DNA of 64,000 nt from a virus: IMG/VR virus record IMGVR_UViG_3300037042_003932, positions 32,001 to 96,000 of that record; one strand, given 5' to 3'. The notes beneath the pieces are model-generated. The model was not told where the DNA came from, ran no database searches, and saw only the letters and a program-made list of their open reading frames with translations. The position numbers and the translations under genes were made by a program. Shown one piece after another: positions 48,001-58,071 of this stretch. The first letter of the stretch is position 1; each line of letters opens with the position of its first letter.

Positions 48001-48474
48001 GTATGACACCATCGGGGTGACTACAGTCTCGCTCGAGGTTCCGACAACGGCGCTGTTCGCGGTAACGATGTCATCAACCGACGACATATAGTAGAACTTC
48101 AGCTGCTCAAAAATCTGTAGAGTAGAACGCAGGCTGAAGTTCACCGCTCGTCCCATGCCTGTGTTCGTGTATCCCCACTCTATGATCTCGTATTCACCCA
48201 TCATCCTGAACTGTGGATTGTTGGGCTGGTAGAACTCGTCCAGATAAAATATCTCAACGAGAATTCGGTCCTCAAACCCCAAACGCTGAAGCATGACGTG
48301 AGGAGGAACAGTAATCTGAGCAGTCGGAATCTGCCAAACACCAAACTGGACGTTTACAGAGTTTACAGGTATCTCGATGCCGTCGATGTAAACAAGCCAC
48401 ACAGCGGTATGCGGCCTATTAGTGGAATAATTTTCGGTAGTAGCCGCAAGCGGATTCTGCTTCTTCTTTGGCAT
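45040..48474 (-). CDS. Baseplate hub/tail protein with lytic transglycosylase (SLT) domain
   Basis: LAAESGGDP...SSKGLGQ...FNPELNIAASCMYL...AYAYGEG. Hub-like C-terminus FDPYIVPGFP...GYVQSVSH. Confidence 0.75.
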   Translation of the reverse strand: MPKKKQNPLAATTENYSTNRPHTAVWLVYIDGIEIPVNSVNVQFGVWQIPTAQITVPPHVMLQRLGFEDRILVEIFYLDEFYQPNNPQFRMMGEYEIIEWGYTNTGMGRAVNFSLRSTLQIFEQLKFYYMSSVDDIVTANSAVVGTSSETVVTPMVSYPLSLFRHGLVPTAVPVTGSENIEDPLEVIKSPSEFIWNIFKALKGEVSVGESELTSEPQGTVPRSACAVPGRNFFGRWLRKTDFVRRWTALYGFDDELQKDPTTGAFPLLNQVTSVNVMNALADQIGVSVGDSGTAWEILQKVMGVMLMEIGTTPAPPIASVNKDTRLFEGSFTKRNVKANNSEGSILAHYVKPQCIFAVPPRCNIIFPSMIESYSFNENFMAQPTRVYLGEDFLNKILTASSDAQIGELTKSMTTTGYPHIVKLWMKSFLLTDKPNTKNFLIYPEELHKGPVTRHIGVPPWAVMLEQYYKALGTGVAVDGKPATSTGAAYTPSYTPKVYKGKAGTLTTLMLTTYKELALKYLTPLGFPDAIYVMLSTLAAESGGDPTVASTHSSSKGLGQTLQSTFDKGIETLKKRRLLTDSYIASLGGVNIFNPELNIAASCMYLAQCAWAVGAKNKDFILSDMYADPEHDLPAVPNKMHLVAYAYGEGSGSAKKLKNLVDTKTYKDGVIKSRNLRVDVNDVNSAVKKSFLKEDQKTPMEWWRKRSSKIYSRWKKLAEADGAVTLASAASTSGSPQAKGYAVPSAVIQTPAQAKVAETPYAVSDEYAAQQHAENVKKVGTTPGAKAADPSTAEKEADAAAPVESDSDTNQILGGLFDLYAKYEYFRSRYEPRAASLRLAFDPYIVPGFPAVVFDSRDSKFDIFGYVQSVSHTWNVESPEISTSVTLGYLRSFPEFLNVYKERDRDLDLDHYMRDSDEGYLSAPRDPVAEVARIMQTVDETDEFYTTLLYPTVNDTGKTSIFNWEEMLDLYQTNGEPIPKAALESWVWEEGMYTEPKPKFRHLFKNYDDAMHYVARPAVTITEFRDLKNSTDLNSITKSDSSADNTVTAYNSEDKNSKKGAVYYKRLFELRQGPGNIMDPATISKITGADVTAIDDPLGNIILADWERLDTAVRDNMFQVPQTRRNWDKVLKAYREFVRSKRLSE

Positions 48475-48495
48475 CGAGACCCTCTGGAGACTCAG

Positions 48496-48990
48496 TTAGC
48501 CGCGCATTTCAATAATGGCTGACATGATTACAATGGCACAGCGAGCAGCCACACGCAACACAGCGTTTGTAGACTTCAAAGACGCGATGAGCATGTTCAC
48601 GTACTCTTCGTTTATCCGGTAGTTTACAAAAGAGGCAGCAACATTCTCGTACAGTAGGTCGTACTGCCGTAACTCAGTATCTATGGGTATGCTATTACGC
48701 TTCTCACAGATAAGGACCTCTAGCGTCTTTTGCTGGTTAACCAAATCGACGAAGATCGCGGATAGATTACTCCGTAAAGTACGAAGGATAACTTCCCGGG
48801 TCTGCACCTCTCGGAGCTCAGTATTAGCTATATGGTCCAGCGTTCTGTTTCTCAAGAGTTCCGCATTAGGCACTCTGAGAAACCTCGCAGCCATCACCTC
48901 TTCTAGCGGTATCATCTTCCCTCGGTGACACCTCCGGTACTCGGGTTCAGGGAGACGCCCTGCTGTCTCAAATTCCCAGACGTATGTCAT
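48496..48990 (-). CDS. Hypothetical protein
   Basis: ATGA overlap with the upstream gene. Predicted helical. Confidence 0.55.
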   Translation of the reverse strand: MTYVWEFETAGRLPEPEYRRCHRGKMIPLEEVMAARFLRVPNAELLRNRTLDHIANTELREVQTREVILRTLRSNLSAIFVDLVNQQKTLEVLICEKRNSIPIDTELRQYDLLYENVAASFVNYRINEEYVNMLIASLKSTNAVLRVAARCAIVIMSAIIEMRG

Positions 48991-49541
48991 CCCCACACCA
49001 GCGCATTCGTTTTAGTCGCCTGTTGTCCGAACTCGTCATGACCCGTGTAGCGTATGTACACCTTCTGAGCCGTGGGCCATGGAACCGTACTCTGGATATA
49101 GAACGTAAGTTCATGCCCTTGGGTTCGTCTAACCTTGCTTAGAGTCCCGTCATACGGAGGATAAAAAGCCTCGGTTTCAACAAAGCCATTGTACGCAATG
49201 TCAAAAGTGAGACCGCCATCCACGCTGATCTCCACGACCGACACTTCTTGACTGATCCAACTCGAGTAGCAGTAGGTTATGAACTTGAGCACCTGAGTGA
49301 GAGACACATTCCTCTGTCCGTCCAACGGACGAGAGAACAAGAATCGAGGCTCAATATCGCTCTTGGGTGTTCCACACTCACATTGCCCACACGGGTCAAT
49401 CCCACAACCCCCGGCCATAACCCCGACTTCCGGAGACGGAGGAGTCCCCAAAGGACCTGTCTTCCAGAACTCTTGCGAACGGAAACCGTCATCAGAGAAA
49501 CTTCCGATATTGAGGTTTCGTGGTGCTACTACAAATGGCAT
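48987..49541 (-). CDS. Hypothetical protein with Ig-like (SbsA-type) segment
   Basis: SRPLDGQRNVSLTQVLKF followed by a beta-rich C-terminus. Confidence 0.5.
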   Translation of the reverse strand: MPFVVAPRNLNIGSFSDDGFRSQEFWKTGPLGTPPSPEVGVMAGGCGIDPCGQCECGTPKSDIEPRFLFSRPLDGQRNVSLTQVLKFITYCYSSWISQEVSVVEISVDGGLTFDIAYNGFVETEAFYPPYDGTLSKVRRTQGHELTFYIQSTVPWPTAQKVYIRYTGHDEFGQQATKTNALVWG

Positions 49542-49544
49542 CTA

Positions 49545-50129
49545 TCACACCTTTGTAAACCCGAGGTTGCTACTCCAAGAACCAAAAGGAGTGGTACGCT
49601 CAGCTAGGATCGACAAGTAGTACTCGACATCCGGCGAAAAGAGACTCGCGGAGCAAGTGAACTTGAAAACACCTTGAGAAGTATCCGTAGTTTCAGGACC
49701 AAATGGGTATACCAGTGCTCCCGCAGTACTGTACGCAGCCAGAGTCATACTCGTGAGGTCCGTAACGCGTACACCGTCTTTCGTCATCCAGACCCCAAAG
49801 GTTGCAGTCACGCCGTTGTCCGATGCCGTCATCTCAAACTTGACGTTGCTCACAGCTACAAGTTGAGACCCACCGTACACGTCGTCGTTGTATGTGTTCG
49901 TGATTTCCCAAGTCCAGTAGCCCGCGTCTAACGCGGTAAATGAAAACTTGTACTCACCTGATGTTCCGATTTCCACGACAGCTTGGTCCAACAGAGGAGA
50001 CGCAACGACTCCGTTAAACCAAATAGTGATTGTAAAACCAGTCACACCTGTATGCTTGGTGACACCATCCGGCTCATAAAGAGGAAAGGTGTCTACAACG
50101 CTGAAGTTCAAAGTGGTAGGAGGAGCCAT
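49545..50129 (-). CDS. Hypothetical beta-rich virion protein
   Basis: Two similar Ig-like halves (SGEYKFSFTA / QGVFKFTCSA). GAGG RBS. Confidence 0.55.
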   Translation of the reverse strand: MAPPTTLNFSVVDTFPLYEPDGVTKHTGVTGFTITIWFNGVVASPLLDQAVVEIGTSGEYKFSFTALDAGYWTWEITNTYNDDVYGGSQLVAVSNVKFEMTASDNGVTATFGVWMTKDGVRVTDLTSMTLAAYSTAGALVYPFGPETTDTSQGVFKFTCSASLFSPDVEYYLSILAERTTPFGSWSSNLGFTKV

Positions 50130-50139
50130 GGTTTACCTC

Positions 50140-53100
50140 TCAGTCCGTGATTCTAATTTTGTTAGTGCCGCGAACTTCTGCTCGCACGCTGTCCAGGTAT
50201 ACGTACCGAGAGCTGCTTGTGGTCTCTCCACAGATACCAAACGCACCCGGCATGATATGATTTGTGTCCACGGTGGTGCATGTAGCGAGCACTGTTTCTC
50301 CTGAACGAGCAATGAGAGTCAGGGTGCTACCCACAGCCTCAAACTCAAGCTCAACAGTATCTCCTACAGTATAGGGGCACGCAATAGTAGCCAGGGAAGT
50401 TCTACCTTGCGTTCCTGCGCTGTCAAAGACACGCTCTATCTGCAACAAGGTATTCCCCGTTGAGATGTGATACAGCGTCCCCAAGTACCCATGCGCAATT
50501 CCAGTTCCAGCTGTGGCCCAGTGAATTCGTGTGAAGAATCCAATGCGGCCACCTGCGTACCCAACACGCGCATCACCTAAGATAGAGACATCCCTCAAAT
50601 AGGGATAAGCGTCCCAGCGCTCCCAACCAACTTCAGAACAACGCGCCGCATTGGAATAGATATCCCATCCGTCACCTGTCTGAGTGATGACGTCCCAGAA
50701 GTCACCAAGGTTCGTAGCGTCTGCCCGCGTGAATCTCTCGATGTACTTAAACGTGGAACGTTGACTCACTTGTCCCCAAGTAGCGTCACGATCTCCGAGT
50801 AGCAGAGCGCCGTTGGGTTCCTGTTTCGCTGCGTACTCAACAACCCACGCGTCAGTTATCTCGTGCACGATGGGTTCCGCCCACCATCCACCACCCTTTA
50901 TGCGCAAGTCTGCGGGAGCTGCCCACAAAGATTGATTGATAGGTCCCGGAATCCACGCTTTACCGATAGCGCCAGCGTTGTTCACGATTATCCCGCAGCC
51001 ATAACTGACATGCTGCCAAAAATCGATTATAATCGGAGTATCGAATCGTGCTCGTGCTGTGTCCTTGTGATAACCACCCCAGAATAACGGCACTTCACAC
51101 GTCTGCGTTCCACGTTCAGAGTCGTAGATTGCTAACCTTATTGTGGGGTCCGCTATTCCGTGAACCTGGTCTCTTACATAAGTTCTAGCGACGTCGTCAC
51201 CGCTATTATAGAAAGAGAGCGTAAACCGATTTGTGATAACTAACCCTGCACATTGCACGTCAACTAAAAGTAACTCGTCGGTCTTACATAGAAAACTTGC
51301 TTGGGGCATCATGGTCATCGATACGTGCATCCACCTAGGATCAAGACAATCATCCCATTGGATCTCTTCCGAACCCATAGTTGTTCCTTCCGGAACCCAG
51401 CTATGAGGCCACAATGTTCCAATGTTCAGCATGGGTGCGTCCCACCCTACAGCCTGAGAGTCCTGGTAAACACGAACATACGCTCGCCACTCGTCCTCAA
51501 GGTCTAATGGGTTTCCTCCGGCGAGATCCAAAGCGGCGTGCTCACGCCACCACCATCTTGGTGGATGCATATAGTACGTACGATTACGTCGTGTAGTCAG
51601 CGTACCTGTTGCCGTTGAACCAGGAGCATTGTTGATCCTGATGTAACCTGAAGTAGTCTCTGGACCTGCTTTGGCGCTCCAGCTCGTACACACCTTCGTA
51701 TAACCAGCTACAGAGAAACGAACATTCGTCCTCGAGTATGCGTAGTTTTGATTTTCTGGTTTTGTGAGAGTACCATCGGTGCTGTCGTGTAAAAAACCAC
51801 CTGTGTACGGGCCAGGTAACGGAAGTCCCGTACTCGCGTCCTCTTCAACACCACCTAACAACAAAGTAAAACTATACCCTGTGTCTAGGTAATAGGATCT
51901 AGCTGCTCGCCAACGCGACCACAAACGATTCCAATACGAAGTCCCACCGTAATCTTCTGGATCTCCAGCGTCACCAGCATCAGCCAAAAGCTGTTCGTCG
52001 TTAACAGACCAAGCAGACCCTGACCACTGAAGAGTCCATACACCAGGGTGCACAGCGCCTGTAGCCGGGTCTTCACCGCCGTATACCCAAATGGTGTCTA
52101 CCCCGTCATAACTCAAGGCACACGACACCAGGTTACGAGGTAAAGTAGATCCCGTAAGCGTTACAAGATACTCAGTCGCTACGGGGGTTGCTGGGTTAAC
52201 GATAACCACACGAAGTTTAGACGAGTGTACTTCTTTACCTCCAACGACTACAGCCATTCCGTCGAGGGACCCTCCAGAACAAAAGACAGCTTCCCCTCCG
52301 GAGTCTGCAGTAGCCAAAAGGTTCGTACCGAGCTCTGTGATAGTCCCCGCGCCGCTTGTGTCTACAACCAAGACAGTTCGAGAGTACACACCTGTCGTGG
52401 CTTCGCCTCCCAAGATGTACAACTTTTTGTTAGCCGGGTCCCACGCGGTAGCTGCGTTCATACGAGCTGACGCGTACGTTGCGGGGGTAGTTTTAACTCC
52501 ACCGTTCCAATAGGTTAACAAAATACCTACTAAGTCAGTGCCTAAAAGAACATACCGATAACTGAGAGTATCAGTTACGCCCGCAAATCGAAGTTGTTGT
52601 GTCGTGTCAGCTACTGAGTCTGCTCCAGTGATAGTTAAGTTTGTAGAACCACTCCAAGTAGAAAAATAGAAATCACCTGTAGGTGACACAGAAGCAAGAA
52701 CAAACATATGTGTGACATCGGTAGCCACCTGAACATCATGTACGTCACTAGGCCCGACCGTAGACTCTAGAGGTACTTCTAGCTTAAGAGTCGGATTGAT
52801 TACTATGTTTCTACCTTGGTAATCGATATGCCGCTCTTCTCGGCTACTCTCTAACATTTCACTTCTAGCTTTATCCCAGTAACTTGGACGGTAGGATTCT
52901 ACTGTACTCGGACCAGCCTTCTCGTTCCATATAGTGAATCCCGCGTTATTAAAATAATTAATCGAAGGTGAGCCGTACGTATTTTCAACAAGAACAGCGT
53001 CTCGAGGTGTGCAATAATCCCCTTGCATAACTAGAGCGCAACACAAGGCATAATCCAAAGTGTAGTTACATGCGCTCTGGTATGTCTCAGGGTCCGTATC

Positions 53101-54132
53101 AACCGTGACGTACGCCACCTTGTTGTACTCGTTGACCATCGACACAATTGGAATACCGCCGTTCTCTTCACGAGTTCGCGTAGAGTTCCACGTGTGCCAA
53201 TGCGGGACATACCTACTTCGGAAGTAGTTGACGAAGAGATCAGGGTCTCCGTCCTCTTGAACTCTTTTTGCCTGTGTCGCTTTCAGATATCTGTAAATTA
53301 TGTAGTCGGCCCAGCACGTGAACCAATCGTACTCGTCAATCTCTCGGAAGGTCCTGTCCCTACTCTGGTACCGCGCCCCATCACCCGCTGTGGAGTGCTG
53401 GTCCATGAGAAACGCTACCGGAGTGGGTTGTCCTCCGTTACCTGTGGTACGCCAGGTGTACATCGCCTGAGCCTCAGGGCAGTCAAGAGGAACTGCACCT
53501 TTGGACTCATTCGCAGTAGGTGTGAACTCATCCCAGTACCAAGGCCACACACGGTTCAGGTTGATGTACTTGTCCACACCGCTAGGGTGTGGTCCCAACT
53601 TCCGGATATCACGAGTACCAAAATAGAAACCATCCGGATTACAGCATGGCATGAAGAAGAGAGTGAAATCGTTACGAAGCTTCTCGAAGTCAGGATGCGT
53701 AAGGAGGATCTCCATCGCCTTGAGCGATCCTGGAAGACCATCAGATTCATTACCGTGGATCATACAATCAATAACAAAATGTTTACGATCTGCTGGACCC
53801 AACCTTAAAGCTTCTAACGGTCTGCCTTCGTAACTCGAACCTAGAAGAATACGTTCGACGCTGGGGTTACACGCCTCTAACACGTCCATCCAATCAACAA
53901 GGTAATCTGTAGTGTTCCCTGGGATGTTAAAACACGCAGGGTCGTCGTTATACGCGGTAAAACCTTGTGTCGCTTCAAAGCGATGATATATGCGTACAGG
54001 TAACTGAGGTTCAAGAATAAAATTAGAAACTATGCGAGGTTCGTGGGCCTTTACCGCTTTCCCTGTAACCGGACACCACGCAACGGATGAGCGATAGAAC
54101 TCGGAGTCAGCAAACTTTAGGTACCGCGTCAT
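50140..54132 (-). CDS. Virion protein: M14 zinc carboxypeptidase + Kelch-like propeller + lectin-like C-terminus
   Basis: GSSYEGRPL, IHGNE (HxxE), NPDG, NLNRVWP, DQHS. GG-type repeats LYILGGE, VVVGGK, IWVYGGE, LLLGGV. Confidence 0.8.
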   Translation of the reverse strand: MTRYLKFADSEFYRSSVAWCPVTGKAVKAHEPRIVSNFILEPQLPVRIYHRFEATQGFTAYNDDPACFNIPGNTTDYLVDWMDVLEACNPSVERILLGSSYEGRPLEALRLGPADRKHFVIDCMIHGNESDGLPGSLKAMEILLTHPDFEKLRNDFTLFFMPCCNPDGFYFGTRDIRKLGPHPSGVDKYINLNRVWPWYWDEFTPTANESKGAVPLDCPEAQAMYTWRTTGNGGQPTPVAFLMDQHSTAGDGARYQSRDRTFREIDEYDWFTCWADYIIYRYLKATQAKRVQEDGDPDLFVNYFRSRYVPHWHTWNSTRTREENGGIPIVSMVNEYNKVAYVTVDTDPETYQSACNYTLDYALCCALVMQGDYCTPRDAVLVENTYGSPSINYFNNAGFTIWNEKAGPSTVESYRPSYWDKARSEMLESSREERHIDYQGRNIVINPTLKLEVPLESTVGPSDVHDVQVATDVTHMFVLASVSPTGDFYFSTWSGSTNLTITGADSVADTTQQLRFAGVTDTLSYRYVLLGTDLVGILLTYWNGGVKTTPATYASARMNAATAWDPANKKLYILGGEATTGVYSRTVLVVDTSGAGTITELGTNLLATADSGGEAVFCSGGSLDGMAVVVGGKEVHSSKLRVVIVNPATPVATEYLVTLTGSTLPRNLVSCALSYDGVDTIWVYGGEDPATGAVHPGVWTLQWSGSAWSVNDEQLLADAGDAGDPEDYGGTSYWNRLWSRWRAARSYYLDTGYSFTLLLGGVEEDASTGLPLPGPYTGGFLHDSTDGTLTKPENQNYAYSRTNVRFSVAGYTKVCTSWSAKAGPETTSGYIRINNAPGSTATGTLTTRRNRTYYMHPPRWWWREHAALDLAGGNPLDLEDEWRAYVRVYQDSQAVGWDAPMLNIGTLWPHSWVPEGTTMGSEEIQWDDCLDPRWMHVSMTMMPQASFLCKTDELLLVDVQCAGLVITNRFTLSFYNSGDDVARTYVRDQVHGIADPTIRLAIYDSERGTQTCEVPLFWGGYHKDTARARFDTPIIIDFWQHVSYGCGIIVNNAGAIGKAWIPGPINQSLWAAPADLRIKGGGWWAEPIVHEITDAWVVEYAAKQEPNGALLLGDRDATWGQVSQRSTFKYIERFTRADATNLGDFWDVITQTGDGWDIYSNAARCSEVGWERWDAYPYLRDVSILGDARVGYAGGRIGFFTRIHWATAGTGIAHGYLGTLYHISTGNTLLQIERVFDSAGTQGRTSLATIACPYTVGDTVELEFEAVGSTLTLIARSGETVLATCTTVDTNHIMPGAFGICGETTSSSRYVYLDSVRAEVRGTNKIRITD

Positions 54133-55490
54133 ATCTGTCCTCGCGCAATGGTCTTCATATAGGCTGAAAGAACCCGAGCATCTTTACGTTGTAAAATGTT
54201 ATTTCCCATCGCTACTTTCGACATGTAACAGTCTGCCGCAGTTGAACCTTCTCCGGTTGTAGAATCTGTTCCTATACGCAACTGTGCAGGAGTCACACCT
54301 CTAGGAAACCATCCAGTAACTGGGTTTGCGACACTGTCTAATTTTCGACCGTTAACATACAAAGATGCGTACTTAGACCCATTATTGATCTCCCAACACG
54401 CAACGATACCCATCGCCGCAAAACCATCCCAGTCGGAGAGACAATCGAGATACGCGTAGTACACGGGAACAGTGTCTCCGAGGATAACAATCAATCGATC
54501 ATTGCTATCGCTCATCGTGACTCTGATTCTTTGAAGGTCGCTATCAAGATTCAGAAGGTACGCTGATTTATAGGAGCCAACTCCCGCGTAATTCAAATGT
54601 CCTCGGGACACAGAGGGGTCAGGTAACACAACGCTCATAGCTAACCAACCAGACTGCTTTATAGCTATCTCGGCGTTAGTGCTCTTCAGGTACCATAAGC
54701 CACGGCTGTACGTCGTAGGACCAAGATCAATGGGGATAGGTGCCCGAGTGATATTCTCAAAAGAAGACCACTGAGAGTAGCTCATGGGGCAAGCCACGAA
54801 CCATCGCCCTGTTCCGGCGGTTACGTTAAGAGAAACGTACACCGGAGTGACCAAGGGAGCTGTTAGCATCACTGCCCACCAGCCACGAGAACCCGGCAGT
54901 TTACGCCACCAGGTACTCGCACTGGACGTACGCGTACCTGCAGTAACATTTATCCCTATGGTTACGACGCCTACCGGCGATGTTCCGTCTTCACTCTTAA
55001 TGAGAAACTGGTACACGCGAGTATACGCTGCGCTGTTGGAACACGATTTCTCGATGACAGCATCGTTAGCGTCGACCTCTGTATCTATTACTGTGACATC
55101 CCCCATGGTGGTACCCACCATGATGTCTGCTACGACACCTGTCTCCTGATACAAAGAGCCAACAGGTGTAGGTGCAACAACGTCAAAGGCAAGGTTCACA
55201 GCATTCCATGTAGCTGTCCAACGCTGTTCAACATACCCATCCGAAAAATATCCAGCCGTTCCAAAAACCTCTTCTGGGTTTGCTGCAGGCGTGACTACTT
55301 TGAAACGTTCATTCCCTGAATCCCATACAGAAAAAGCTTCAGTCGTTACGGTGGCGTCAGCATCAATCGTATCGAACTTAAGGTTACCATCGCCCTCAAT
55401 ACCCTTACCTACCGCTCTATTTCGAATAGGGTCCCAAACAAAAGTTGGGTTGAGTTGCGTTAAGAGAGCTCGTCCAGTTCCTGATATCAC
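54129..55490 (-). CDS. Virion protein with ConA/LamG-like C-terminal domain
   Basis: IVACW...SLYVNGRKL...LRIG pattern. Confidence 0.55.
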   Translation of the reverse strand: MISGTGRALLTQLNPTFVWDPIRNRAVGKGIEGDGNLKFDTIDADATVTTEAFSVWDSGNERFKVVTPAANPEEVFGTAGYFSDGYVEQRWTATWNAVNLAFDVVAPTPVGSLYQETGVVADIMVGTTMGDVTVIDTEVDANDAVIEKSCSNSAAYTRVYQFLIKSEDGTSPVGVVTIGINVTAGTRTSSASTWWRKLPGSRGWWAVMLTAPLVTPVYVSLNVTAGTGRWFVACPMSYSQWSSFENITRAPIPIDLGPTTYSRGLWYLKSTNAEIAIKQSGWLAMSVVLPDPSVSRGHLNYAGVGSYKSAYLLNLDSDLQRIRVTMSDSNDRLIVILGDTVPVYYAYLDCLSDWDGFAAMGIVACWEINNGSKYASLYVNGRKLDSVANPVTGWFPRGVTPAQLRIGTDSTTGEGSTAADCYMSKVAMGNNILQRKDARVLSAYMKTIARGQI

Positions 55491-57103
55491 GGCGTCACCT
55501 GAGGAACAACGCCCATGCTGTACACCATAGCTTGGACATAGAAAGTGAGATCAGGGTCTCCTACAAGACCATCGTGCCTAACCTCGATAAAGATGGTGTT
55601 CTTCTTCGCGGGATTACCGTCCTTATTAATCCACGGAACCATCCACCATGATGTAACCGGGAGTACTCGAGTACCAATATCCCAGCTACCCGCGTCAACT
55701 AAGGCTTCTGATATGTTAATATACCCTGTGAGTCTACTACTGCACAGTGCATACTCTTTTCGGGAGTCATCTTCGAAGATCATCAAGCCCTCGTCTACTT
55801 CGATAAGATCATTCGACGCCACTTCCAAGTACGTCTGTGGAGACGTCATCGCTACGGTCAAAGCAGTCTGCCTAGCTATCCCAATTCCCTGCCACACAAG
55901 CTCTTTGCCTAGAGCACTACTCGTCTCGTAGACGCGAACACGAAAAGGAATTTCTGTGTCTGTCTTTGCCACAGGAAATCCCCAAGCTCGGAGCCAGAGA
56001 AGAACTCCTGAATTACCAGTCGCAGGTACCTCAAATAAGTACGTGGCTCCCACAGCCACAGCAGTGCTGTAGGTTGCGACAGGTTCATCTAGGACGTTGT
56101 CTACTAGTACCCAGGTACCCGGAGTACCTCCAGCGGTACAACGCCACTTGATGCCTGCAGAGTCTAGTATCTCAGCCCCTGTAGCGTATGTGCCTGTTAT
56201 TGGGTAACCGGCAGCTATCGTTGGGATGCACCCAACAGAGTCAAAGACTTTATTCGCAGCGATAGACTGTAACGTGGAGTCGTCAACGGCCCCATGAACA
56301 ACCGCCCCAAGGGCTGTACCAGCCACGTGTACCGGGGCTGTCTCGTCAGGGGAGATGACAAGTTTCCCCAACGAGAAAGCCAACCCACTCGTGGAAGACA
56401 GAGCTACCCGGGGTTTCCCGGTACCGTCGTCCTCGATACCGTCGCCATACGGAGTCGGGATGATCGTCGGGACTCCTCGGGGAGATGCTGTTACGGCGGA
56501 AAGTAGGAACGTCGCAGTCTGGTCAGCAGGCACACCACTACAGTACAAGGTGCAATAGAGCGACCCGGCTGTCTCAGCGTTGAAACCAAAAGAGTACGAT
56601 GACCTCTTCGTGGGAGATGCTAAATCAACGACATGCGTACATACACGAAGAGTCTTCGCTACGTCGTCATAGATCTCAACAGTCAGCTGTCCTACAGACG
56701 TCGTCGGTGTAACCGTTAAAAGGTATCCAATACCCTCAACGGTATACGCGTCTATCTCGGCCAAGACGAATTCAGTACCGTCCAGTAGAGTAACAGCATG
56801 AGCAACATAAGAAGTATCGTATGCCCCACTCCATTCACCGCCGAGTTCATCGAGGACCCAATGAGAATTAGTGATACCATCGATCAATGTGTAAAAGGCT
56901 CTAGTACCGTCTCCTCGGTCAAGAACACGAACAGGCATTCCAATACGCCGTCTATCCGACGTGATAGCATCTCGTTCGGTTAGAGTAGCTACCGTGCGCC
57001 AACCACCTCTGCCGTAAATCTCGTCGTGGACTGCATACGTGTCTTCACTGTCCGATGGGGCGATAAAGCCTGTGAAGCGAACTGATCCCGGAATAGCCGC
57101 CAT
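55487..57103 (-). CDS. Tail-fibre/structural protein
   Basis: GGWRTVATLTERDAI...RRIGMPVRV N-terminal module and a WRCTAGGTPGTW motif. GGAGG RBS. Confidence 0.6.
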   Translation of the reverse strand: MAAIPGSVRFTGFIAPSDSEDTYAVHDEIYGRGGWRTVATLTERDAITSDRRRIGMPVRVLDRGDGTRAFYTLIDGITNSHWVLDELGGEWSGAYDTSYVAHAVTLLDGTEFVLAEIDAYTVEGIGYLLTVTPTTSVGQLTVEIYDDVAKTLRVCTHVVDLASPTKRSSYSFGFNAETAGSLYCTLYCSGVPADQTATFLLSAVTASPRGVPTIIPTPYGDGIEDDGTGKPRVALSSTSGLAFSLGKLVISPDETAPVHVAGTALGAVVHGAVDDSTLQSIAANKVFDSVGCIPTIAAGYPITGTYATGAEILDSAGIKWRCTAGGTPGTWVLVDNVLDEPVATYSTAVAVGATYLFEVPATGNSGVLLWLRAWGFPVAKTDTEIPFRVRVYETSSALGKELVWQGIGIARQTALTVAMTSPQTYLEVASNDLIEVDEGLMIFEDDSRKEYALCSSRLTGYINISEALVDAGSWDIGTRVLPVTSWWMVPWINKDGNPAKKNTIFIEVRHDGLVGDPDLTFYVQAMVYSMGVVPQVTP

Positions 57104-57112
57104 GGACTCCTC

Positions 57113-58069
57113 CTAAGAAACGACGATGTTGATGGCTGAGCCAATAATGTTGGTGGAACGATGAACTCGGTAGCTAGTCGTCTGTGAGAAACCATTGGTC
57201 ACGTTTACGGTGTAACTTGTCTCAAATGGGACATCAAGATTCGTGCTCGCATCTTTGAAAGTTGAAGCCGTTCCAAAAGATGCCGGGTAGCCTAGGTACT
57301 TATGGCCACCAGCGCTGAAAGCGTACGTGCCAGCAAAAGCATTAGACAAACCACCCACACGAAGAGTCTCAATATCCCCTTCAATGAGAGGGCCTGCATT
57401 TACCGATTCTCCATAGAACTTTTTCCACTGCCAAGTTACCGTGAATGTATTCGTGAAGGTACCTGAGTTAGTGTTAACACCGTTTATCCGAAACACATGG
57501 GTTGTAGCGCTTGTTTTGGTGATTAGGGAAGCGGGGTAACTGGTAACCTGTACCCCATCATTAGCCGTCCCACTTAGAATCGTGACATCACCACTAGTGA
57601 CGTCTACCAGGTCAATCGAATTGGTAGCGACGTTAGCGCTGTTCGAGGTGGTCCATACGAAAGTTCTATTCGTGGAGATTGAATCTCCGACCTCCAACAA
57701 TATAGATTGTCCCGAAATCGAAAACGCAGTGAACGCCGGGTACTGATACGGGTAGAGTAAGCCATCGAACATGGCCGACATTGTCGCAGCATCAAATGTG
57801 GACCCAGCAGGCCACCCACCTACCGCTGTGGGCATAGGCGTTGTGTTCGTGTAAGTGTCACCGCCGCCACCCCCACCGCCCATGGCCTGGACTATCGCGT
57901 TTATCAGGCTGACCGTTCCGAAGGAATCCACATAGTCTTCCCACTCGGTATCGGCAGAGCTCAATGGGATAGCAGCAAAATTGGAGGGGACGAGAGCCCC
58001 GTCAACCGCTTCCAACAAGTTACCATCTCGGAAAGTCTGGTTGCCTAGGGTTCTCGTCTCTCGAGACAT
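57113..58069 (-). CDS. Structural protein (T/S/G-rich, Ig-like)
   Basis: Poly-G linker, LLYPYQYP, KYLGYPASFG. Confidence 0.55.
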   Translation of the reverse strand: MSRETRTLGNQTFRDGNLLEAVDGALVPSNFAAIPLSSADTEWEDYVDSFGTVSLINAIVQAMGGGGGGGDTYTNTTPMPTAVGGWPAGSTFDAATMSAMFDGLLYPYQYPAFTAFSISGQSILLEVGDSISTNRTFVWTTSNSANVATNSIDLVDVTSGDVTILSGTANDGVQVTSYPASLITKTSATTHVFRINGVNTNSGTFTNTFTVTWQWKKFYGESVNAGPLIEGDIETLRVGGLSNAFAGTYAFSAGGHKYLGYPASFGTASTFKDASTNLDVPFETSYTVNVTNGFSQTTSYRVHRSTNIIGSAINIVVS

Positions 58070-58071
58070 AT

